From NCBI GenBank assembly GCA_964563355.1, contig CAZLVU010000003.1:71076-135075 (forward strand): 64,000 nt of DNA, given 5' to 3'. The position numbers and the translations under genes are program-made. Below are positions 38,838-46,671 of the stretch, in pieces. Within the stretch, counting starts at the first letter, position 1; the number at the start of each line of letters is the position of its first letter. Source of the stretch: an uncultured Candidatus Poseidoniales archaeon. Its GTDB lineage: Archaea; Thermoplasmatota; Poseidoniia; Poseidoniales; Thalassarchaeaceae. The notes under the pieces were generated by a model. The model made no database searches, was not told where the DNA came from, and was given only the letters and a program-made list of their open reading frames with translations.

Positions 38838-39353
38838 CTATTTACTACCATTCTCCTCAGAAATGCCATCTCTCCAGCTTTTGAGGTCTACGCCCTCCCC
38901 GGCGAATAACTTTCTGGATTGGCGGAATTCTGGAAGAAGGTAACCAATTATTGATCGTTCCATGAAGCTCCATTTCCAAGGGCATCTAGGGAGCAATTGC
39001 AACCACTCCTTGAGGAAATCCTGCCATCTTTGCCCATCGAATTGATCTGGAATCCTGAATGAGACAAACGAGAGCCTTCCTGCTGACCCAGGAACATAGC
39101 TCCATGCGCGCAAGGACATGCCCTCTGCTTCCCCTTCGTCAACGATTAGCCCCAGCACCCTAGCTCTCCTAGCTAGAGGCACTATGACAGCCCACCTTTG
39201 TACCAGGGTTGTCTCTTCGACCCTGTGCATGCGCCAGCCTCGATCTTCGCCAATTACGCGCATCGCTCTGATGGCGTCCGTGGGCGTGATGCTCACCGGA
39301 ATCTCTAGCGGCCGCTGCATCGGTCTCGGGGCATCCTCTAGGCTCTCGCCCAT
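38838..39353 (-). CDS. Hypothetical protein
   Basis: 171-aa ATG ORF co-oriented downstream of rpl12. Confidence 0.65.
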   Translation of the reverse strand: MGESLEDAPRPMQRPLEIPVSITPTDAIRAMRVIGEDRGWRMHRVEETTLVQRWAVIVPLARRARVLGLIVDEGEAEGMSLRAWSYVPGSAGRLSFVSFRIPDQFDGQRWQDFLKEWLQLLPRCPWKWSFMERSIIGYLLPEFRQSRKLFAGEGVDLKSWRDGISEENGSK

Positions 39354-39386
39354 AGCGGCTTCGCGTCATTAGTTCCAATTGTTGAT

Positions 39387-39704
39387 TCAGCCGAACAGGG
39401 AGCCCAGTCCTTCGAAGCCGCCTGCCTCTTCCTCAGCCTCTTCCTCAGCGGCCTCTTCCTCAGCGGGAGCAGCCTCAGAGGAGGCTCCGCCGGAAGCCGC
39501 AGAGGGAGCAGCCGAAGTAGCCGGGGCTGCGATGGCCGTCGACATCGCATCTTCGATGTCGACAGAACCGAGTGAGGCTACCAGAGCCTTCACACGGGCG
39601 CCATCCGTATCCACCCCAGCGGCGGTCAGCACTGAGCTGACAGCGTCTTCGCTGATGTCCCTGTCTGCAGAATGCAACAACATTGCAGCATACACATATT
39701 CCAT
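39387..39704 (-). CDS. rpl12: Ribosomal stalk protein P1 (L12p)
   Basis: MEYVYAAMLLH, VLTAAG, RVKALVASL, acidic tail EEEAGGFEGLGSLFG; GGTGA upstream. Confidence 0.96.
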   Translation of the reverse strand: MEYVYAAMLLHSADRDISEDAVSSVLTAAGVDTDGARVKALVASLGSVDIEDAMSTAIAAPATSAAPSAASGGASSEAAPAEEEAAEEEAEEEAGGFEGLGSLFG

Positions 39705-39720
39705 TTCTTTCACCTTTTTT

Positions 39721-40740
39721 TCATCCGAAGAGGTCGCCAAGTCCTCCGAACCCAGCCTCCTCTTCCTCCTCTTCCTCTTCGGGTGGAGCCATTTCAGTGG
39801 CTTCATCCGAGCTTGTTGCCTCGGAGAGGGCAACTTCAGAGCTCTGGGCCGCGGTACCCAATACCGCAAGCAACTCTTCATCTAGAGCTGAGGAATCCAA
39901 TTGTCCTGCTAGAGAAATAGCACGATTGCGTGCTTGTGACAAAACCATAGCAGCAGTCTTGTCATTCACTATTCCCGCTTCGATTGCTACGCACATCGCT
40001 TCGCTGGAAGCCTTTGAAATTAGGACCGGCGTCGTTTCGCTGGAGAACCAACTGATGTTACAGGCTACATTGAATGACCTAGAAGTAGCATTGATCAAAT
40101 CGTCCTTGAAGCCATCAAGATCCAAATCTAGGTCTGATGCCGAGAACATGAAGCCATTTTCGATAACCCCTGTGAGGATTAGTCCAATTTCTATTGGGTT
40201 GATATTGAGTTTGGCGAGCATAATCCCCAAGTCGGCGGAGATCTCTTCTCCTTCCTTAACCACTGTTGTGGTTTTCTGAATCGCCACTTTGCCCTTGTCA
40301 ATCTTTGCGGGTATGCCAACCGCATTGAATTCCCCTACAATCGGTCCCGGTCCGAATTCAGTCGGCCCCTCCTCTACCACTATGTCAGTTGGAGCCCTGT
40401 CACCTTCCTTTGCTGGACGTCCCTGCCGAGTCTTCTCAAGTTCGCTGAAAATCTCAAAGGCATTCATAGATCCACTGTGGATTACGCAAGGTTGCTCAGC
40501 ACCTTCTAACAGCGTCTCCAGATCTTCTGGTTTCCTATTCGCATCAATCCACGCAAGCCTCATCAGAGATTTCTTCGCCATGGTGATACTCATCCTGTCT
40601 CGGAGAGTGTTGCGCATATCGATCATGTTGCTAGCCGGAACTCCTGAAACATCGATTACTGCTACTGAACCATCCTCACTGAAGACCTCGGAAAGCTCTG
40701 AGACTCTCTCTCTCTTCCACTCTGCTACCTTGGCAATCAA
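39721..40740 (-). CDS. rpl10: Ribosomal protein uL10 (P0)
   Basis: VAEWK, GPT.FGPGPIVGEF..VGIPAKIDKGK, acidic tail GFGGLGDLFG. Confidence 0.96.
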   Translation of the reverse strand: MIAKVAEWKRERVSELSEVFSEDGSVAVIDVSGVPASNMIDMRNTLRDRMSITMAKKSLMRLAWIDANRKPEDLETLLEGAEQPCVIHSGSMNAFEIFSELEKTRQGRPAKEGDRAPTDIVVEEGPTEFGPGPIVGEFNAVGIPAKIDKGKVAIQKTTTVVKEGEEISADLGIMLAKLNINPIEIGLILTGVIENGFMFSASDLDLDLDGFKDDLINATSRSFNVACNISWFSSETTPVLISKASSEAMCVAIEAGIVNDKTAAMVLSQARNRAISLAGQLDSSALDEELLAVLGTAAQSSEVALSEATSSDEATEMAPPEEEEEEEEAGFGGLGDLFG

Positions 40741-41381
40741 AATACCACCTCCACCTTCACGGAAGGACCCATTGAGGTTTTCACGTAACAGGAACGGATA
40801 TTCCCAGCGCCACGTTCGAGTTTGCCAGTCACCCTATCCCACACTGCAACTGCATTGGAAGTAAGATCCTCGATTCCCTGTTCTCTGGAACCTACGGCCG
40901 TGTGGAATGTAACGCGGTCCCTTGATCTGACAACGGCCGTATCCTTCAGACCTATTGCCATGGCGGAAGGATCAATTGTTGGGGGTACTGGACGCGGCAT
41001 CTTGCCCCTTGGCCCCAGGACCCCTCCTAGGAAGCGCCCCACAGTCCCCATGTGAGGTATTTCAGATAGGAAGAAGTCGTATTGCTTGGCGACCTTCCTT
41101 GCTTTCTGTTTGTTCCCTCCGAGATCCTCTATTGTGGCAGGATCAATTACATCTATTCCAGCTGCTCTGGCCTTTGTGGCCATTTCTCCACCTGCAAACA
41201 TCGCTATTCGCACGGGCTTCCCTCTTCCAGAGGGCAATCGCACCTCTTCCTGGATTCTGTTTGTAGGTACCTTGAGATCGACGTCTTTTATTGTGAAGGC
41301 AAGCTCCAATGACTCCACGAACCCCCTTTCGGGAGCCCCCTCTATGGCCTGTTGAATCGCTGTTTGTAGATTTTCCTTCAT
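40737..41381 (-). CDS. rpl1: Ribosomal protein uL1
   Basis: RGFVESLEL, DVDLK, LGPRGKMPRP, YVKTSMGPSV. Confidence 0.97.
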   Translation of the reverse strand: MKENLQTAIQQAIEGAPERGFVESLELAFTIKDVDLKVPTNRIQEEVRLPSGRGKPVRIAMFAGGEMATKARAAGIDVIDPATIEDLGGNKQKARKVAKQYDFFLSEIPHMGTVGRFLGGVLGPRGKMPRPVPPTIDPSAMAIGLKDTAVVRSRDRVTFHTAVGSREQGIEDLTSNAVAVWDRVTGKLERGAGNIRSCYVKTSMGPSVKVEVVF

Positions 41382-41392
41382 ATTCCCACCTC

Positions 41393-41421
41393 TGCGGTAA
41401 ACGAGGAACCCCTCTCCCGCA
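41393..41421 (-). promoter_or_regulatory. L1-binding autoregulatory mRNA element upstream of rpl1
   Basis: mRNA UGCGG-GA-GAGG-GGUU-CCUC-GUUUA-CCGCA: two helices around an asymmetric GA / G...A internal loop as in known L1 sites; directly followed by SD GAGGUG. Confidence 0.7.
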
Positions 41422-41432
41422 ATTCGTGAACT

Positions 41433-41711
41433 CTAGCTGAAATGCTCGTTGAATGCCCCCTCGCTCATTGCTTTCAGAGCTGATTTGGGCTCCATGCCCT
41501 CTACTCGAACCCTCATCGCTACGCATGTTCCCATGACTTCCCTACACCTCGCATAGAGAGTCTTTCCAGTCAACCGGTCCTTCTGCGCCTCAGCGACGTT
41601 CTTGACTTGGTCGATTGAGAGGTCCTCTGTGGAAGCGTCCCAAGAGCCATTGCACTTCTTCTTCCCGAGTTCCTGCAACACCCTGTGCGGCGTCTCGTTT
41701 CGAGCTGACAT
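41433..41711 (-). CDS. rpl11: Ribosomal protein uL11, C-terminal RNA-binding domain only (92 aa)
   Basis: LSIDQVKNVA, REVMGTCVAMRVRVEG match the uL11 CTD; syntenic position between spt5 and rpl1; GGAGG upstream of ATG. Confidence 0.85.
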   Translation of the reverse strand: MSARNETPHRVLQELGKKKCNGSWDASTEDLSIDQVKNVAEAQKDRLTGKTLYARCREVMGTCVAMRVRVEGMEPKSALKAMSEGAFNEHFS

Positions 41712-41795
41712 ACAACCTTGCCTCCTTCCGTGCGACCCGCCGACCTGCTCTCCCTATTTGATGATGATGCACCTTCCAAGGAAGTCGGATTTTGC

Positions 41796-42662
41796 TCACT
41801 CAACTCTCTGAGTGACTCTCACTTGGTCGGCTCGAACTGTTAGAGCGACGGGAACTGCTGCTTCGAATAGCTCCACCGTCACTTCTTCCTTGGACTCTGC
41901 TACTCTTGTCACCCGAGCGGCTTGACCCCTAAACGCACCTCCCGAAATCTCCACTATACAACCCTCTTCGATTCCTGAGGTGGCTGCCTTGGGCTCTAGG
42001 TAAGGTAAAACATCCTCCAGGGGAGCTTCACCATCTAGTACCTTGCTGCAGTTCTTGAGAGGTGTCACGCCCACTCCTACTCGTCCGATTAACTTCTGTA
42101 CATGATGGAGCGCAGTCGCCTCAACGAAGATGAATCCCTTCATGTAGTGTGGACTCAGGACTCCGAAGATCTTGTCTTGGATGTCCTTCAGTGATCCAGT
42201 ACCCGATAGTCTTGCTCTAATTTCACTGGACACATTCTGCTCTTGTCCAATCGAAGTCTTGAGGATGTAAAGGTAAGAAGCGACGTCACCGTACATGTCC
42301 TTCAGTTGAGGTGTTGCGTACTCTTTGTTCTGTATCGCACCCGGATCGATCCACTCGAAGTTCTTGTAAATCGTCCCCGGGTTAACCTCTGTTTCACTGC
42401 TCAAGAATAGAATGGGAGTGACATCGTTTAGGCGGTTACCGAATGCTAGCCCCCTGGCCATTCCCGATCGCACGAAGTCCAGATTCTCCGAGGGTATTCC
42501 AGTACATTCGGTGATCCTTGACATCACTACGTCGGCGTCGTCAGGGTCTCCTATGCCATTGATTCCGTCCCAGGCACCCGCGAACTCCGCCACCTCGTCA
42601 GCTCTCTGCATTAGCAGGACCTTCTCCGCGCTTCGAAGAAAAACCGTGAATGTCTCTGACAT
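41796..42662 (-). CDS. spt5: Transcription elongation factor Spt5 (NGN+KOW) with N-terminal Nudix-like domain
   Basis: YILKTSIGQE, KGFIFVEA, IVEISGGAFRGQAARV..V..SKEEVTVELFEAAVPV; N-terminal VFLR..EKVLLMQR...F.GAWDG..G...ITECTGI. Confidence 0.9.
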   Translation of the reverse strand: MSETFTVFLRSAEKVLLMQRADEVAEFAGAWDGINGIGDPDDADVVMSRITECTGIPSENLDFVRSGMARGLAFGNRLNDVTPILFLSSETEVNPGTIYKNFEWIDPGAIQNKEYATPQLKDMYGDVASYLYILKTSIGQEQNVSSEIRARLSGTGSLKDIQDKIFGVLSPHYMKGFIFVEATALHHVQKLIGRVGVGVTPLKNCSKVLDGEAPLEDVLPYLEPKAATSGIEEGCIVEISGGAFRGQAARVTRVAESKEEVTVELFEAAVPVALTVRADQVRVTQRVE

Positions 42663-42669
42663 GAATCCA

Positions 42670-42933
42670 CTAACCTGTAAGCCAACCAAAGAACGATGGA
42701 AACACATTCACCATTAGGGCGAGAATCAGGAAGCCAATGGCGCCCAGTACGAACATCCCTATTCCACACACTATGATGGTCTGCCGGAACTCGAACTTGG
42801 ATGGCTTCTTGGCCATCTTGAGGATTCTGGCATAAGAACCAGTTTGGAGCCCCTTGACTCGTCCCTCAATCTCGTCCTGCCAGGACTGAGCCAACTCCTC
42901 AATCGGACCGACTTTGGAACTTTCTACAGACAT
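42670..42933 (-). CDS. secE: Protein translocase SecE / Sec61-gamma
   Basis: YARILKMAKKPSKFEF..T...CGIG...LGAIGF; lies between ftsZ and spt5. Confidence 0.92.
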   Translation of the reverse strand: MSVESSKVGPIEELAQSWQDEIEGRVKGLQTGSYARILKMAKKPSKFEFRQTIIVCGIGMFVLGAIGFLILALMVNVFPSFFGWLTG

Positions 42934-43023
42934 ACCCTCACCTTGGAGCATCACGGCGACTTACAGACCCCATTTAAGGACGACGGGAATGAACCTTTAC
43001 TCGTTTACGAATGCCTCAGTACG

Positions 43024-44142
43024 TCAACTGACGAATTCAACGGTCCTATTGCGTAGGTTCCTCATCTGCGTGTGCAGTGAAGCGCCATGAATCTGCTCAC
43101 TCTTTACTCCCGTGAGCACTAGCAAAACTCTGATTTCATTGCTCATTGAGCTGTCGGTCGTCACCCCCCAGATCATCCTAGCATACGGGTTAATGCTTTC
43201 ACGGATTATCTTGGCACAATGCTCCGCCTCTCCCAGGGTTAATCCCGGACCACCTACAACGTTGACCAAGGCACCCCGTGCATCTGATATGTCGATGTCA
43301 AGCAGGGGTGACTCCAATGCCTCCTTAGTAGCTTTCTCCGCACCCTCATCCACGGTTGCTTCACCAAGGCCGATCATGGCAACCCCTCCGCCGTTTTCCA
43401 TTACCGAACGCAGATCTTGGAAGTCGAGGTTCACCACGCCTTCCTTGGCAATCATCTCAGAAACTCCAGAAATGCTCCTCATTAGTAACTCGTCAGCAAC
43501 TCTGAATGCCGCATCCAGGGGGAGATCACGAACCCCATCGACCTCGAGTAACCTCTCGTTGGGAAGGACGATGACAGTGTCGCACACCTCTCTCAGGCGT
43601 TCTAGGCCCCACTCGGCGTTCTGCCGGCGAACCGCTCCCTCAGATACGAAGGGGTAGCTGACAACGGCAATTGTCAGAGCCTCCGACGCCTTTGCGAGCC
43701 TGGCGACGACGTGGGCGCTCCCAGTGCCGGTACCGCCGCCGAGGCCCGCGGTGATGAACGCTAGATCGCATTCCTCCACCTCTGTCTTCAGCACACGTTC
43801 GGATTCGTATGCCGCCTGTTCACCTTTCTCCGGGTCGCCTCCCGCCCCCCTGCCACGGGCGGAGCGACCAATCAGGACCTTGTTCTCCACACTAACTCTG
43901 AGAAGATGCTGGGCATCCGTGTTTACCGCCATCCCCCTGACGTACTCTCCGTCGAACAAGCCCTCCTGCTCAAGTCGGGCGACTGTGTTTGATCCACAAC
44001 CTCCACAACCGAAGACCCTGATCTTCGGTTGAAGCGACTTCAGTAGATTCTCGAGATCAGGGGCGTCTTCGAACTCTGGGTTCGATGGGACCTGTGTTTC
44101 TCCATCCTGAAGCTCGAGAACTCTTTCGATAAGGTGCTTCAC
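43024..44142 (-). CDS. ftsZ: Cell division protein FtsZ
   Basis: GCGGCGSN, NTDAQHL, GAGGDPEKG, tubulin signature GLGGGTGTG, NLDFQD, PLLDIDI; GTG start 44142 chosen. Confidence 0.96.
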   Translation of the reverse strand: MKHLIERVLELQDGETQVPSNPEFEDAPDLENLLKSLQPKIRVFGCGGCGSNTVARLEQEGLFDGEYVRGMAVNTDAQHLLRVSVENKVLIGRSARGRGAGGDPEKGEQAAYESERVLKTEVEECDLAFITAGLGGGTGTGSAHVVARLAKASEALTIAVVSYPFVSEGAVRRQNAEWGLERLREVCDTVIVLPNERLLEVDGVRDLPLDAAFRVADELLMRSISGVSEMIAKEGVVNLDFQDLRSVMENGGGVAMIGLGEATVDEGAEKATKEALESPLLDIDISDARGALVNVVGGPGLTLGEAEHCAKIIRESINPYARMIWGVTTDSSMSNEIRVLLVLTGVKSEQIHGASLHTQMRNLRNRTVEFVS

Positions 44143-44230
44143 GCAGCTCAGGCGCGTAGAGGAGAGGATAACCATTGCCCCCGGTCAGACCCAGTCGGGC
44201 GGTGTTTTCGTGGACCATCAGAAGTGCCAT

Positions 44231-44908
44231 TCACTCCATTAGGCTCCTTCGGGTTTTGACGAACCTGACAATGAAGGTGTACAGACCACCCCATGCCGAA
44301 ATTGCAAGGGCGAAAGTCATCCCATTCAGCTCCCCGTTGCCCAGGAGTGCCAAACAGGCCAATTCGTTAATCTCGCCAACATCAATTCCTGCAACACCGG
44401 TACGGGCCTGCCAAGCTGCAACCAGTAGGGCAACCAGAGTGATAACCAAACGGTCCGCACGGGAGAATCCCCCGTAAATCCTATCCAGTCCCACGGACTG
44501 TGCTTGCGTGCCCATGTAGGATCCGAAGAGAGTCATAAGACCCGCGATAAAGCCACTACTGGGATCATCCACGAATGCTGCATTCATCCCGAGGGCTACT
44601 AGCAGGCCCACGTCTACCACACGGTCGATGGTGTGGTCCAAGAAATCCCCGTAGGGTCCAGCCACCCCCTGATGACGAGCAAGGGCACCATCCAGTGCAT
44701 CCATCAATCCAGCAACAAGAATTAGGCAGATCCCGCCCAATATCGCCAAGGAGCCATGGTCGTCGAAGCCTGCACTCGCTAGGAGGTAGAAGGAGGCAAG
44801 AGCGAGAACTAAGCTGCTCCAAGTCAAAACGTTAGGGTCCAATCCTCCAAGCCGGAGGACCAATGGTTGTATGGCTTTGGCCCATTTCCCCCTCATCTTC
44901 TCGAACAC
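44231..44908 (-). CDS. CDP-alcohol phosphatidyltransferase
   Basis: PNVLT, DALDGALAR...GDFLDHTIDRVVD signature. Confidence 0.92.
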   Translation of the reverse strand: MFEKMRGKWAKAIQPLVLRLGGLDPNVLTWSSLVLALASFYLLASAGFDDHGSLAILGGICLILVAGLMDALDGALARHQGVAGPYGDFLDHTIDRVVDVGLLVALGMNAAFVDDPSSGFIAGLMTLFGSYMGTQAQSVGLDRIYGGFSRADRLVITLVALLVAAWQARTGVAGIDVGEINELACLALLGNGELNGMTFALAISAWGGLYTFIVRFVKTRRSLME

Positions 44909-44909
44909 G

Positions 44910-45452
44910 TCACCCCTCCTGAACTGACACCCAGTCAATTGCTGAGCGGGGGCTCATCGGCTTCAAGCCATCTGAAATCCAGTCGTGCAAAGCGGCAACA
45001 ATGCATTCAACTGAGTCCGCCGATGTGTCGAATTCCACCCACGGCAGGTGCCCTTCACGCTCGTTCCACGCTCCTCCAATAAACTCCCACTCGATGTTCT
45101 CGGTAGATTTCAAGTCCGAGTAACCCCTTTCATCTAAGCGAACCCTCAGCTCCTCAGGCGAGCATCTCAGGATAATCACCCCGTCCACCGGTAGATTGTG
45201 TGAGAGATGCCCGTCAATTACAGTTGTAGATTCTGGCGAGTCTCGCCATTCGTCTTGGAGACATACCGACAGGGCTCCTAGGTCAACAGGACGGGCACCA
45301 TCAATGACATCGACTTCTCCAATGCACCCGTGACGTTCCGCTAAGCTCTCGACGGAGTCAATGCCAATGCCTTTTTTCTCCAGCATGGCTGCTATCGTTG
45401 TCTTGCCAGTGCCGGGCGTGCCAGTCAGTGCCAGCCTCCAAGTGTGCTCCAC
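44910..45452 (-). CDS. Adenylate kinase AK6/Fap7-like
   Basis: LTGTPGTGKTT, VIDGHLSH, LRCSP..L..RL..RGY...K..EN; GTG start 45452 chosen. Confidence 0.88.
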   Translation of the reverse strand: MEHTWRLALTGTPGTGKTTIAAMLEKKGIGIDSVESLAERHGCIGEVDVIDGARPVDLGALSVCLQDEWRDSPESTTVIDGHLSHNLPVDGVIILRCSPEELRVRLDERGYSDLKSTENIEWEFIGGAWNEREGHLPWVEFDTSADSVECIVAALHDWISDGLKPMSPRSAIDWVSVQEG

Positions 45453-45537
45453 ACTCCACGCGCACCCACGGAAGCCATGAACACTCCGCGAGTCAGGCGC
45501 AACATTGACCTCTAATCCACGCTGCCGTTGTTGTATT

Positions 45538-46665
45538 ATGCCAAGCGAAGTGGACTGGATCCGAGCTCTCGATCCCAGACAGAATAAGTTGAACCTCCTG
45601 CTAGTATCCATTCCGGTGGCATGCTACTTCGCCTATGTAGAGAAAGACCCATCGTTGACATTCTTCTCCTCTCTAGTTGCAATAATGCCACTTGCATTCC
45701 TAATGGGCAAGGCGACTGAGGAGATCGCCCTACGAACGTCCGAGTCCCTTGGGGGGTTACTGAATGCCACCTTTGGAAACGCGGCAGAGATGATTATCGC
45801 CCTACTTGCCATCTTTGCTGCCTATCAAGCAGGTCCCGGAACCGTGACCGAGTCAACGATGATTCACCTAGTTCAGGCTAGCCTGATAGGCAGCGTACTC
45901 GGAAATCTGCTACTGGTGATGGGGCTATCTTTCGTCTGGGGCGGATTGCACCACACGGAACAGAGATTCTCCGAGACACAAGTTAGCTCCAACGGCTCCC
46001 TTCTCCTTCTCGCCATGATCGTTTTGATAGTGCCATCTGTGTTCCACTCTGCAGTAGGAGGAGAAGCTGGCGATCTGGGGGTGGAGAATCTCAGTCACAT
46101 AGCGGCGGTAATCCTCTTGTTGATTTACGGACTCTTCCTACTATTCCAGTTCCGCACCCACGTGCACCTGTTCGCGACAGAGGGACAGCACCATGAGGAG
46201 CCCACCATGAGTCAGCGTGACGCGATAATCCTCCTATTGACGGCCACTGCTCTGGTTTCGTGGATGGCCGAACTACTCGTGCACTCTGTCGAGGAGGCAG
46301 CACAGGAGCTGGACCTCCCTCATCTTTTCATCGGCGTCATACTCCTCCCCCTATTCGGAAACGCTGCAGAACACTTCACTGCCGTCACGGTTGCCGCCAA
46401 GGACAAGATGGACCTCTCTTTCGCGATTTCTATGGGGTCCTCCACTCAGATCGCGGTCTTCGTTGCCCCCCTGATGGTTCTCTTGGCATGGATTCTAGGT
46501 GTCCCACTGACCTTCGAGTTTGGGATTCTTGAGACGGTCTCAGCGTTCCTAGCAGTCCTAATAGTCAACATCGTAGCGTCGGATGGAAAGTCGAATTGGC
46601 TCGAGGGAGCCATGTTGTTGGGAGCATACGTGATACTTGGAGCCGCATTCCTCTACTATCCCTAA
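45538..46665 (+). CDS. Calcium/proton exchanger (CAX/ChaA family)
   Basis: Two alpha-repeats LLNATFGNAAE and LFGNAAEH; GSSTQIA; SNWLEG. Confidence 0.93.
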   Translation: MPSEVDWIRALDPRQNKLNLLLVSIPVACYFAYVEKDPSLTFFSSLVAIMPLAFLMGKATEEIALRTSESLGGLLNATFGNAAEMIIALLAIFAAYQAGPGTVTESTMIHLVQASLIGSVLGNLLLVMGLSFVWGGLHHTEQRFSETQVSSNGSLLLLAMIVLIVPSVFHSAVGGEAGDLGVENLSHIAAVILLLIYGLFLLFQFRTHVHLFATEGQHHEEPTMSQRDAIILLLTATALVSWMAELLVHSVEEAAQELDLPHLFIGVILLPLFGNAAEHFTAVTVAAKDKMDLSFAISMGSSTQIAVFVAPLMVLLAWILGVPLTFEFGILETVSAFLAVLIVNIVASDGKSNWLEGAMLLGAYVILGAAFLYYP

Positions 46666-46671
46666 GGAAAT

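Noticed and set aside
39705-39881. 59-aa N-terminal extension of rpl12 in the ORF track
   Set aside because: Overlaps rpl10; canonical MEYVY start with GGTGA SD at 39704
41570-41803. Alternative-frame ORFs upstream of rpl11 as a frameshifted L11 N-terminal domain
   Set aside because: Neither frame contains the PP.GP.LG or GVN motifs, and the gap is too short for the domain
45453-45611. Apparent head-to-head overlap of adenylate kinase and Ca/H exchanger ORFs
   Set aside because: Disappears when downstream starts (45452 and 45538) are used
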